Source: an uncultured Oscillospiraceae bacterium
GTDB taxonomy: Bacteria > Bacillota > Clostridia > Oscillospirales > Oscillospiraceae
Direction of reading: 5' to 3'
DNA length: 64,000 nt
Assembly (NCBI GenBank): GCA_964430345.1
Contig: CAYSFK010000001.1
Span: forward strand, 7-64,006
Below the pieces are notes generated by a model, which did not search any database, had not been told where the DNA came from, and was given only the letters and a program-made list of their open reading frames with translations. Made by a program: the position numbers and the translations under genes. Of this stretch, positions 51,191 through 60,001 are shown piece by piece. Within the stretch, counting starts at the first letter, position 1, and each line of letters starts with the position of its first letter.

Positions 51191-52534
51191 ATGAAGAATA
51201 AGATTATATACAATGTATTTATTACGCTTTTCCTCTGCGTCTGCCTCCTGCCGTTGGCGGCCATGACCATTGTGGGGGAGTCGGAGCCTGCTGCAAACGA
51301 GCTGCCTATTTCAAGGCCGGAGCTGATAGAGCCCGGCGGCGGGCTGAATACGGAGTACACAAGCCAGCTCACCGAATATATCGCCAACCGCTTTGCGTTC
51401 AGGCGGGAGCTGGTGACGGCCTGGTCAAAGGTGAACGCGCTATTCGGCAGCTCCGCACAGGAGCAGGTGATACTGGGCCGGGATGGCTGGCTGTTTTTCA
51501 GCGAGACCCTGGAGGACTATATGGGACTGGGCCTGTCCGAAGGCCTGCTTCAAAACGCCGCAAACAATCTGGCGCTTATGCAGGAGTACGCGGAGAGCAG
51601 GGGCCAGAGCTTCGTATTTACAATAGCGCCCAATAAGAACAGTCTGTATCCTCAGTATATGCCCGGGCGCTGTGCCCAAAGCCGGGAGAGCTCCAATGCC
51701 GCGAGGCTGGCCGCGCTGCTTGGAGAGCGGGGGGTCAACTATGTCGATCTGTTTTCGGCCTTTGCGGGCAAGGAGGTTCTGTACTACAGCGGCGACTCCC
51801 ACTGGAATTCCAAGGGCGCGGCGCTGGCGGCGGACTCCATACTTGCGCGGGCCGGCAGGGAGAGCGACTATTTTAGTCAGGACTTCAGCCCCGGAGCGGA
51901 GCATCTGGGCGACCTTTACGAGATGCTGTACCCGGCTCTGCCCCCGGCGGAGCGAGATATAGCGGGTGAGCTGCCTTTCAGCTATCAGTGCCTGGACGAC
52001 CCGGCCAACGGCAGCGCCATGAATATACGCACCGAGAACCCCGGCAAGACGGGCTCACTGCTGTGCTACAGGGACTCCTTCGGCATTGCTCTTTACCCCT
52101 ATCTGGCCGAGAGCTTCGGAAGCGCCCACTTCTCCCGAGCTGCGGCCTATGACCTCACTGCCGGTGATAGTGACTGCATAATAATCGAGCTGGTGGAGCG
52201 AAACATTGACTACCTTGTGGAGTATGCCCCCCGCTTTCCGGCTCCGAAGCGGCAGCTTTCGGGCGCGGTGGCTTCGGATGCTTCCGTGACAGTGAGCATT
52301 GCGGCAGGCGGCGACGGACTGAGCCAGTTCAGCGGCAGCATTCCGCAGGATATGTGCGACGCCGGCAGCAGGGTATACGTCTCCTGCGGCGGCGCGGTGT
52401 ACGAGGCCTGCGTTCTGCGCGGCGAAGGACAGGAGTCGTGCTTTTCAGCCTGGATGTATACGGACGCGCAGCCGGGCGCGGTGCTGTGCTGCAATAACGG
52501 TGTTCTGACCGCCTACAGGGCGGTATTGAATTGA
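51191..52534 (+). CDS. AlgJ/AlgX-like SGNH (DHHW-family) protein, partner of the MBOAT
   Basis: Signal anchor, then YYSGDSHWNSKGA and later YRDSFG motifs. ATG at 51191 preceded by GGGGGAG. Confidence 0.6.
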   Translation: MKNKIIYNVFITLFLCVCLLPLAAMTIVGESEPAANELPISRPELIEPGGGLNTEYTSQLTEYIANRFAFRRELVTAWSKVNALFGSSAQEQVILGRDGWLFFSETLEDYMGLGLSEGLLQNAANNLALMQEYAESRGQSFVFTIAPNKNSLYPQYMPGRCAQSRESSNAARLAALLGERGVNYVDLFSAFAGKEVLYYSGDSHWNSKGAALAADSILARAGRESDYFSQDFSPGAEHLGDLYEMLYPALPPAERDIAGELPFSYQCLDDPANGSAMNIRTENPGKTGSLLCYRDSFGIALYPYLAESFGSAHFSRAAAYDLTAGDSDCIIIELVERNIDYLVEYAPRFPAPKRQLSGAVASDASVTVSIAAGGDGLSQFSGSIPQDMCDAGSRVYVSCGGAVYEACVLRGEGQESCFSAWMYTDAQPGAVLCCNNGVLTAYRAVLN

Positions 52535-52559
52535 GCCTTACAGAGAAAGGAAAGAAACC

Positions 52560-52931
52560 ATGAAAAGAAATGTATGCTTTATAATTATTGCTTTGATGCT
52601 TTGCCAACTCTGCGCCTGCGGAAAGACCACGGAGCCCCAGCAGGGGACCGACGCGCCGCCCATGCTAACAGCGGCTCCGGCGGCCAATGCAGGACAGAGC
52701 GCCGCGCCTGCCGAAGCTGAGGCTGAGCAGGAGAGCCCGCTGAAGGCTCAGGCGGAGTCGTTCATCGGCAAGGATATCGCCCAGCTCATCGAGGCGTTGG
52801 GCCAGCCGCTGTCCTCCAGCTACGCGCCCAGCTGTCTGGGCTCCGGTGAGGACGGCGAATACATATACGACGGGGTCAAGGTCTACACCTATAAAGAAGG
52901 GGAGACGGAGACTGTCAGGAGCGTGGAATGA
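52560..52931 (+). CDS. Small lipoprotein, function unknown
   Basis: Lipobox LCQLCAC and an Ala/Pro/Glu-rich linker. Confidence 0.5.
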   Translation: MKRNVCFIIIALMLCQLCACGKTTEPQQGTDAPPMLTAAPAANAGQSAAPAEAEAEQESPLKAQAESFIGKDIAQLIEALGQPLSSSYAPSCLGSGEDGEYIYDGVKVYTYKEGETETVRSVE

Positions 52932-54439
52932 CAAGGGCGGCTTTTCCGCGCAAGAGACGACGCAAAATGAGCACCTCCCGGAAGATAGCGTGGGGCATCT
53001 GCGCCCTTTCAGTTGCGGCAGCAGCGGCGCTGTTTATCATATTCGGGATGGTGAAGCTCAGCTTCCAGCTGCCGAATGCCGACGCTGTGGATGATTACGC
53101 GCTGGCAGGCCGCAGCGTCACGGCGCCTGCGGCGCCGGTATACGAGGGCTATGTGTTTCTGGGCTGGCAGTCTGAGGAGGGCGAGCTCTCCGCCGGGGAC
53201 AGTGTTTCCGCATACAGGGACACGGTGTTTTCCCCCGTTTACACGGTGGCCCTCAAGGAAACGGAGCACCCGCAGTATATTTTTCCGGATGACACAGGCT
53301 TTTTCCGTCCCTATGAGGAGATGACCCGGGGCGACGCTGCCCGGATGCTGTACGCGCTGCTTTCAGTGGATGTGGAGCCAACCGGAAACTACGCGGATGT
53401 GGACGCCTCCGCGCCCTATGCCGAGGCCACGGCGGCGCTGTATCATTTGCAGGTGACGGACGACCTGTGCTTTTACCCACAGGAGCCCCTGCGGCTGGGC
53501 GAGCTGCTCACAATGCTGGCCAAGTTTTATCCCGGGACCCAGGCCCGCTATGACATAGCCGATGTATCTAAGCAGAATTCCGCATATCAGGCCTACTGTC
53601 TGGCCATAGAAAAGGGCTGGGCGGAGCTGGATTCTGAGGGCAGAATGGAGCCCGGCAGAACGCTGAGCCGCATACAGGTGTGTGTGCTGATGAATAAGGT
53701 GCTGGGCCGCAGTGCCGACCAGGAGGCTCTGCCGAAGCTGCGCGGGATTATCCCGGATATGTCACCCAAGGCGGAGGGCTACGCCGATGTGGCGGAAGCC
53801 GCGTTCGGCCATGAGTATGCAATGGACGGCGGGGCGGAGCACTATACCTCGCAGCTTCGCGTCAAAAAGCTGTCCCAGGGCTTCTATCAGGTGGGCGCCG
53901 ACTTGTACTACATCGGCAAGGACGGACTGGCACTGACCGAATCCAGCGTTGGAAGTCTGTATTTCGGGGCGGACGGAAAATACACCAGCGGTATTAAGGA
54001 ACTGGACGTCGAGATAAACAAGGTGCTGGATAAGGTGCTTAAAAGCTCCATGGAGCCGCTTGAGAGGCTCCGGGCAGTGTACGACTATACGGTGTCCGGC
54101 TTTGAGTACCAGCGGCAGGACGCTATGCGCAGCGGCGCCACCGGCTGGGAGAAGCAGCAGGCTCTGGATATGTTTACCACCGGCCGAGGCAACTGCTACT
54201 CTTACGCCGCCGCCTTCTGTATGCTGGCCAGAGCAGTGGGCTATGACGCTCAGGCAAAGGCCGGAACGGTAGACGCCATCAACAGCGCCCACGGCTGGGT
54301 GGAGATAGAGATAGACGGTGTGCTATATATGTTTGACCCTGAGCTGGAGATGACCTGCCTGTATAACAACGGCGAGAAGCTGGACCGCTTCATGTTCCCC
54401 ACTGACGACACCGGCGCATGGACGTACTCAACCGATTAA
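52928..54439 (+). CDS. Cell-surface protein with transglutaminase-like Cys-protease core
   Basis: Signal anchor, GYVFLGWQSEEGE (B-repeat-like), an SLH-like segment (MTRGDAARMLYALL), cell-wall-binding-type repeats, and a C-terminal GRGNCYSYAAAF...HGWVEIEIDGVLYMFDPE catalytic triad pattern. Confidence 0.6.
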   Translation: MTRAAFPRKRRRKMSTSRKIAWGICALSVAAAAALFIIFGMVKLSFQLPNADAVDDYALAGRSVTAPAAPVYEGYVFLGWQSEEGELSAGDSVSAYRDTVFSPVYTVALKETEHPQYIFPDDTGFFRPYEEMTRGDAARMLYALLSVDVEPTGNYADVDASAPYAEATAALYHLQVTDDLCFYPQEPLRLGELLTMLAKFYPGTQARYDIADVSKQNSAYQAYCLAIEKGWAELDSEGRMEPGRTLSRIQVCVLMNKVLGRSADQEALPKLRGIIPDMSPKAEGYADVAEAAFGHEYAMDGGAEHYTSQLRVKKLSQGFYQVGADLYYIGKDGLALTESSVGSLYFGADGKYTSGIKELDVEINKVLDKVLKSSMEPLERLRAVYDYTVSGFEYQRQDAMRSGATGWEKQQALDMFTTGRGNCYSYAAAFCMLARAVGYDAQAKAGTVDAINSAHGWVEIEIDGVLYMFDPELEMTCLYNNGEKLDRFMFPTDDTGAWTYSTD

Positions 54440-54538
54440 AAAGAAAAAATTGCATCTCTTTTTACCGAATATCTGAATTGCTTTCGCAAATGATAAGCAC
54501 GGGTAAAGAACCCAAAATGACGAAAAGGAGATGTATCT

Positions 54539-54739
54539 ATGTCTACCAACAACAGTAATCATCTTGTGAACCCTGCTGCCCGTGAAGCCATGGACAAGTT
54601 CAAGATGGAGGCCGCCGGCGAGGTCGGCGTCAATCTGAAGAACGGTTACAACGGCGAGCTTACCGCGCGTCAGGCGGGCTCCGTCGGCGGCCAGATGGTC
54701 AAAAAGATGATCGAGGCCTACGAGAACGGAATGAAGTAA
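54539..54739 (+). CDS. Alpha/beta-type small acid-soluble spore protein
   Basis: 66 aa with REAMDKFKMEAAGEVGV...LTARQAGSVGGQMVKKMIE. RBS AAAGGAG. Confidence 0.85.
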   Translation: MSTNNSNHLVNPAAREAMDKFKMEAAGEVGVNLKNGYNGELTARQAGSVGGQMVKKMIEAYENGMK

Positions 54740-54754
54740 GCATACGCTTAAGAT

Positions 54755-54788
54755 CGCGGGGAAGTGAAAGCTTCCCCGTGATTTTTTG
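54755..54788 (+). terminator. Rho-independent terminator after the SASP gene
   Basis: CGGGGAAG-TGAAAG-CTTCCCCG followed by TGATTTTTTG. Confidence 0.65.
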
Positions 54789-54800
54789 AGAAATAAAGAC

Positions 54801-54848
54801 TTGACAACAGATGCACCATGACGCATACTTTACATATGAGCAGATATG
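54801..54848 (+). promoter_or_regulatory. Promoter plus imperfect palindrome (ArsR/SmtB operator candidate)
   Basis: TTGACA, 17 nt, CATACT, followed by CATATGAGCAGATATG (CATAT-N6-ATATG). Confidence 0.4.
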
Positions 54849-54907
54849 CATTTGACGCCGAGGCACCGTGCGCTGTGCTGATGCGGATATCGGAGGGGTG
54901 AACGGAT

Positions 54908-55222
54908 TTGAGCGGGGAGACAGAACGGGATAAAACGACGCCGGACGGGGAAAAGCTGTTTGAGCTGTCGGAGTTTTTCAGAGTCTTTGGAGACGCATCC
55001 AGATTACGAATACTCTTTGCACTTTTGGAAAGTGAAAAATGCGTGATAGACATCGCTCAGGAGCTGGGCCTGTCCCAGTCTGCGGTGTCCCATCAGCTTC
55101 AGACCCTGAGGGGCAGGCGTTTGGTCAAGTACCGCCGTGACGGCAAGACCGTCTTTTATTCTCTGGCGGATGACCATATTTTTTCCATAATCAATCAGGG
55201 CATGGAGCACGTTGAGGAGTGA
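54908..55222 (+). CDS. ArsR/SmtB-family metalloregulator
   Basis: 104 aa with LRILFALLESEKCVIDIAQELGLSQSAVSHQLQTLR...DGKTVFYSL. TTG start after GGAGGGG. Confidence 0.8.
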   Translation: MSGETERDKTTPDGEKLFELSEFFRVFGDASRLRILFALLESEKCVIDIAQELGLSQSAVSHQLQTLRGRRLVKYRRDGKTVFYSLADDHIFSIINQGMEHVEE

Positions 55223-55226
55223 GCCG

Positions 55227-57293
55227 ATGATAGATGACGAGGACGTAAAGATATGGAAGGGCGCCGACGGTGACGGGGACGTCAAGATATGGCGCGGCCA
55301 GCCTCAGTCAGAGGAGCGGACGGCGGATATTGACGCGGATGAGCCGAGGCCCGGCCAGAGAAGCCGGGCCGTGGATTATGATACCGAGCGCAGCTCTGTG
55401 CCCCGGAAAAGGGCGGAGCGCCGCAGGAGCGGCGGCAGGCGTCACGAGAACGAGCTGTCCGTCAGGAGCGTCATTGCGGTAATAGTCTCCGCCTTGCTGC
55501 TGGCTGCGGCCATGTTCCTGCCGGAGGAGGGCTGGTACAGGATAGTCTGCTTCGCGGCGGCTGCGGCTGTGGTGGGTATAGGCCTGGTGTTTGACGCGGT
55601 GGCCTGTGCCATGGAAGGAGACTTTACCAGCGGCAGTCTTATCATGACGGCGGCGGCTGTAGCCTCTTTCTGTATAGGCTTGTACCCGGAGGCAGTGCTG
55701 ATACTGGTGTTATACCGGGCGGGTGAGCTGTTTTCGGCATTTGCTTCGGAGAGAAGCGCCAGAAGCCTTGAAACGCTGAGAGCGATCCTGACTGACAAAG
55801 CCAACGTGGAGACGCCTGAGGGTATACTTACGGTGGGCCCGGAATACGTGAACGTGGGGGATGTGCTGGTGGTAGCCCCCGGCGAGACAGTAGCCCTGGA
55901 CGGCACGGTGATAGAGGGCATCACCTCGCTGAACACCGCCGCCATTACCGGAGATACCGAGGCCAGAAATGTGTCAGTGGGCAGCCCGGTATACTCCGGG
56001 ACGGTGAACCTGACGGGCCTTATACGTGTCCGGGTCAGCCGGGACGTGAAGCATTCCACGGCGTATATGCTGTCCCGCATGGCTCAGGCTTCCACGGAGC
56101 GGAGGTCCGGACGGGAGCGCTTTGTGGAAAGCTTCGGACGGATATATACTCCCGCAGTGCTTGCGGCGGGGCTGCTGCTGGCTGTACTGCCGCCGCTGTT
56201 TGACGGCCTTTGGGGCCAGTGGATAGGCAGGGGAGTTATACTGCTGGCTGTGTCCGGCTCCGGGGCACTGTCGCTGTCCGTGCCCATCGCCTTTGCCGGC
56301 GGCTTGGGCAGGGCCGCCGCGAGGGGCATATTCCCGAAGGGCACCGATGTTTTGGAGAAGCTGGCTGCGGTGAACACGGTGGTATTTGACAAGACGGGCA
56401 CTATTACCGACGGCAGGTATTCCGTGACGGATGTGGCGCCCGCCGGTATGAGCGAGCAGAGGCTGCTGGCCATGGCGGCCACAGTGGAGAGTTGCTCTGA
56501 GCACCCCATAGCCCGCTGCCTGAGAGAAGCCAGCGCACCGCTGAATATCGACGCCGCCCTTATGCAAACAGAGGAGATACCCGGCAGAGGCGTCAGCGCA
56601 AATATCGGCGGCAGGCATATCCTGGCCGGAAACGCCGCGCTGCTAGAGGCAGAAGGGGTGGACTATGAGATACCCGCCAGAGGCGGCGCCGCTGTACATC
56701 TGGCGCTGGACGGCAGATACTGCGGCTATATCATGCTGGCGGACAAGCTACGGGAGGGCGCCTTTGACGCACTGGAGTCCCTGCGGGTGCAGGGCATTCA
56801 AAAGCTTGTGATGCTTACGGGCGATGTGCTCTCCGTGGCAAGACCCCTGGCAAGTAAGCTGAATTTTGATATGCTCAGGGCGGAGCTCAGACCGGAGGAG
56901 AAGCGTTCGGCGCTGGAGTATTTAATAGAAAACAGGGGAGACAGCGCCTCAGTAGCTTTCGTAGGCGACGGAATCAACGACTGCTCCTGCTTAGAGCTGG
57001 CCGACGTGGGCATTGCCCTGGGCGCTTTGGGTCGCGATGAGGCCATAGCCGCTGCTGACCTGCTGCTGATGGATGATGATATTCGCGCGCTTCCCCAGGC
57101 TGTGCGGACAGCAAAGCTGAGCAAGACTGTGGCCTTGGAAAACATTTTCGCGGCGGTTGCGGTGAAGCTGACAGTTATCATTCTCAGCGCGGCGGGGCTT
57201 ATCCCACTGGCCGCGGCCGTGAGCTGCGACACAGTGGTGATGATAGGGGCATTACTTAATTCTATGAGGACGCATTTTATAAGGCGGCATTGA
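55227..57293 (+). CDS. P1B-like P-type ATPase with degenerate transmembrane metal-binding motif
   Basis: DKTGTITDG, SEHPIA, MLTGD and GDGINDC are present. TM6 reads VSGSGALSLSVP where CPC is expected, and there is no HMA domain. ATG at 55227 after GAGGAG. Confidence 0.75.
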   Translation: MIDDEDVKIWKGADGDGDVKIWRGQPQSEERTADIDADEPRPGQRSRAVDYDTERSSVPRKRAERRRSGGRRHENELSVRSVIAVIVSALLLAAAMFLPEEGWYRIVCFAAAAAVVGIGLVFDAVACAMEGDFTSGSLIMTAAAVASFCIGLYPEAVLILVLYRAGELFSAFASERSARSLETLRAILTDKANVETPEGILTVGPEYVNVGDVLVVAPGETVALDGTVIEGITSLNTAAITGDTEARNVSVGSPVYSGTVNLTGLIRVRVSRDVKHSTAYMLSRMAQASTERRSGRERFVESFGRIYTPAVLAAGLLLAVLPPLFDGLWGQWIGRGVILLAVSGSGALSLSVPIAFAGGLGRAAARGIFPKGTDVLEKLAAVNTVVFDKTGTITDGRYSVTDVAPAGMSEQRLLAMAATVESCSEHPIARCLREASAPLNIDAALMQTEEIPGRGVSANIGGRHILAGNAALLEAEGVDYEIPARGGAAVHLALDGRYCGYIMLADKLREGAFDALESLRVQGIQKLVMLTGDVLSVARPLASKLNFDMLRAELRPEEKRSALEYLIENRGDSASVAFVGDGINDCSCLELADVGIALGALGRDEAIAAADLLLMDDDIRALPQAVRTAKLSKTVALENIFAAVAVKLTVIILSAAGLIPLAAAVSCDTVVMIGALLNSMRTHFIRRH

Positions 57294-57316
57294 AAGCGGA
57301 AAGGAATGGTAAGAAA

Positions 57317-57835
57317 ATGAACGAAGCATTGGAGAACCTTTATAGGCGCAGAAGCATCCGCAAATATAAAGACCAGCAGATAAGTGACGAAGAACTTAAG
57401 CAGGTGCTTAAGGCGGGGGTCTGCGCGCCTACGGGGCGGAATATGCAGTCGCCCATAATCGTGGCCGTTCAGAACAGGGAACTCATAGCGAAGCTCTCGA
57501 AAATGAACGCTGAGGTTTGGGGCACTGCTATAGACCCGTTTTACGGCGCGCCTACGGTCCTGATAGTGCTGGCGGAGGCCAACAGCCCCTTCGCCGTACA
57601 GGACGGCAGCCTGGTCATGGGCAACCTTATGAACGCCGCCGAGGCTCTGGGTCTTGGCTCCTGCTGGATCAACCGGGCCAGGGAGGTATTTGATTCCCCG
57701 GAGGGTAAGGCCATGCTGAAGGAGTGGGGCATAGACGGCGACTATGTGGGCGTTGGCAACTGCATACTGGGCTATAAGGCCGAGCAGCCGGAGATGAAGC
57801 CGAGAAAAGCAAACTACGTGTATTATGTGCGATGA
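57317..57835 (+). CDS. Nitroreductase-family flavoprotein
   Basis: LYRRRSIRKYKDQ...APTGRNMQS...GLGSCWI. Confidence 0.8.
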   Translation: MNEALENLYRRRSIRKYKDQQISDEELKQVLKAGVCAPTGRNMQSPIIVAVQNRELIAKLSKMNAEVWGTAIDPFYGAPTVLIVLAEANSPFAVQDGSLVMGNLMNAAEALGLGSCWINRAREVFDSPEGKAMLKEWGIDGDYVGVGNCILGYKAEQPEMKPRKANYVYYVR

Positions 57836-57841
57836 GTCCTG

Positions 57842-58402
57842 ATGAACACCTACGATTTTGATAAGACCGTCTTTTGGCCGGACAGCTCGTATACTTTCGT
57901 GATGTTCTGCCTGAGACGCTTCCCAAAGACCCGCCGCACTCTGCCGGGGACTGGGCTGCTGGCGCTGCGGTATCGGAGAGGGAGGCTGCGCAGCAAGGAG
58001 CTGAAGGAGCAGATATTCTCCTTTCTGCCGCTTATTGAGGATATAGACGCCGTTGTAGATGAGTTCTGGCGGCTGAACAGATGGCGGCTGCAGGGCTGGT
58101 ATCTGGCGCAAAAGCGGGAGGACGATGTTATAATCTCTGCCTCGCCGGAATTTTTGCTGCGTCCCATCTGCCAAAGCCTTGGCGTGAGGCTTATCGGCAC
58201 CCGGATGGACAAGCATACCGGGCGGATAGACGGGGAGAACTGCCATGACAGGGAGAAGGTTCGCCGCTTTTACGAGGCCCTTCCCGGAGCACACACCGAG
58301 TGCTTTTACTCCGACTCCCTGTCGGACAGCCCCATGGCGGAGATAGCCCACAAGGCCGTCATGGTCAAAAAGGGAAAGCTGTATCCCTGGCCGAAAAAAT
58401 AA
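57842..58402 (+). CDS. HAD-IB-like hydrolase
   Basis: Motif I is YDFDKTV, with later ISASPEFL and a YSDSLSDSPM-type motif. Confidence 0.55.
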   Translation: MNTYDFDKTVFWPDSSYTFVMFCLRRFPKTRRTLPGTGLLALRYRRGRLRSKELKEQIFSFLPLIEDIDAVVDEFWRLNRWRLQGWYLAQKREDDVIISASPEFLLRPICQSLGVRLIGTRMDKHTGRIDGENCHDREKVRRFYEALPGAHTECFYSDSLSDSPMAEIAHKAVMVKKGKLYPWPKK

Positions 58403-58406
58403 GTGC

Positions 58407-58451
58407 TTGACAAGTGAACGCTCGTTTACTATAATGTAAACAGAGCGTTCA
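58407..58451 (+). promoter_or_regulatory. Consensus sigma-A promoter embedded in a 15-16 bp inverted repeat (TetR operator candidate)
   Basis: TTGACA, 17 nt, TATAAT. The arms TGAACGCTCGTTTAC (58415..58429) and GTAAACAGAGCGTTCA (58436..58451) flank the -10 hexamer. Confidence 0.6.
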
Positions 58452-58475
58452 TTTGCTGCGTATAGGGGGCGGAAT

Positions 58476-59810
58476 ATGGATACAAAGGAAAAGATATTAA
58501 GGGTGTCGCTGGAGCTTTTTGCCAGAGACGGCTATGAGGCAGTGTCGGTCAGCGATATCGCGGGGGCTCTGGGGCTTACAAAGGGCGCGCTGTACAAGCA
58601 TTATTTAAATAAACGGGATATCTTTGACAGCCTTGTTGAGCGGATGAAGGAGCGGGATTATGAGAATGCCCGCAGCTTCAGTATGCCGGAGGATATCTTC
58701 GACAGTATGCCGGAGGCCTACAGGAATACGGGGCTTGAGCAGGTATGCGCTTATACGCTGGCGCAATTCGTGTATTGGACAGCGGATGATTTCGCCTCCG
58801 CCTTCCGAAAAATGCTGAGTCTGGAGCGGTACAGGAACGGTGAGATGGAGGCGCTGTATCAGCAGTATATCGGGCTGGGGCCTCTTGGCTATATGTCCGA
58901 CATTTTGAAGGAAGCGGTGGGTGAGCAGGCGGCCCGTCAGCTGGCGCTGGAGTTTTACGCGCCGGTATATATGCTCATCTCGCTTTACGACGCCGCCGAG
59001 GATAAGCCACTGCTGGCAGCACAGCTCAAGGAGCATATGGAGACATTTATTCGCCGCATGGCGAAGGAACAGGGAAAGGAAGAAATAGTACCGATGAAAT
59101 ACCCCAGAAGTGAAAAATACCAGACGCCTGAGTTGATGGCGATGATAATGGGACCCAACCCCATAAAGCTTGAGGAGGAACTGCTGGAAAATAACCTGAT
59201 CAAGCCCGACGCTGTAGTCTGCGACCTGGGCAGCGGCAACGGACTGACCTCCGTTTTCCTGCAAAAGGAGTACGGCTTTACAGTGTATGCCGCGGACCTG
59301 TGGAGCGATCCGGAGGAGAACCGCCGGTTTTTTGACTCCATGGGCCTCAGCCGGGATAGGATAATCCCAGTAAAGGCCGACGCCAACGCTCTGCCCTTTG
59401 AGGCTGAGTTCTTTGACGCGGTGGTAAGCGTGGATTCCTACAATTATTTTGGCCGTGACCCCCTGTATCTGGGAGAAAAGCTGCTGCCCTTCGTCAAAAG
59501 CGGCGGATATATATACATCGCCATCCCCGGTATGGTCAAGGACTGCCACGATGATCTGCCCGGCGAGCTGCTGCTGTCCTGGACGCCGGAGCAGATGGAA
59601 TTTATGCATGACGTTTGTTATTGGAGATGTCTGATGGAGCAGACCACCGGTATAGACATACTGTCCGTAAGACAGATGGAGAGCAATACGGAGGTCTGGG
59701 CGGACTGGCTGCGGCAGGAAAACAAATACGCCGTAGGCGACAGAAAATCCATGGAGGCCGGGGCCGGGAAGTACCTGAATTTCATAGAAATAGTGCTGAG
59801 AAAGAGATAA
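58476..59810 (+). CDS. TetR/AcrR HTH regulator fused in frame to a class I SAM-dependent methyltransferase
   Basis: N-terminal ILRVSLELFARDGYEAVSVSDIAGALGLTKGALYKHY. From about aa 206: VCDLGSGNGLTSVFL...ADANALPFEAEFFDAVVSVDS. There is no stop codon between the two halves. Confidence 0.7.
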   Translation: MDTKEKILRVSLELFARDGYEAVSVSDIAGALGLTKGALYKHYLNKRDIFDSLVERMKERDYENARSFSMPEDIFDSMPEAYRNTGLEQVCAYTLAQFVYWTADDFASAFRKMLSLERYRNGEMEALYQQYIGLGPLGYMSDILKEAVGEQAARQLALEFYAPVYMLISLYDAAEDKPLLAAQLKEHMETFIRRMAKEQGKEEIVPMKYPRSEKYQTPELMAMIMGPNPIKLEEELLENNLIKPDAVVCDLGSGNGLTSVFLQKEYGFTVYAADLWSDPEENRRFFDSMGLSRDRIIPVKADANALPFEAEFFDAVVSVDSYNYFGRDPLYLGEKLLPFVKSGGYIYIAIPGMVKDCHDDLPGELLLSWTPEQMEFMHDVCYWRCLMEQTTGIDILSVRQMESNTEVWADWLRQENKYAVGDRKSMEAGAGKYLNFIEIVLRKR

Positions 59811-59824
59811 TAGCCTGATAAAAG

Positions 59825-59850
59825 GGACGCGCTCCGGCGCGTCTCTTTCT
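59825..59850 (+). terminator. Rho-independent terminator after the TetR-methyltransferase gene
   Basis: GGACGCGC-TCCG-GCGCGTCT followed by CTTTCT. Confidence 0.5.
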
Positions 59851-59931
59851 ATGTTTGCACAGGCGGAGAAACTGTTGTGATTTTAAACAAAGATGTAGAA
59901 TGAAAAATGTCCTGACAAATGACAAGTTTTA

Positions 59932-59960
59932 TTGACAGCATACATATTATTTGGTATATT
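59932..59960 (+). promoter_or_regulatory. Sigma-A promoter (extended -10) of the pentose-phosphate-type operon
   Basis: TTGACA, 17 nt, (TGg)TATATT. Confidence 0.55.
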
Positions 59961-60001
59961 GTAATCGTCCGGCAGAGATATTTGTACGGAGGATATATGA
60001 T

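Noticed and set aside
54440-54538. A forespore-specific (sigma-G/sigma-F) promoter upstream of the SASP gene.
   Set aside because: One is expected biologically, but I could not find a match to the -35/-10 consensus convincing enough to place coordinates. It is left unannotated.
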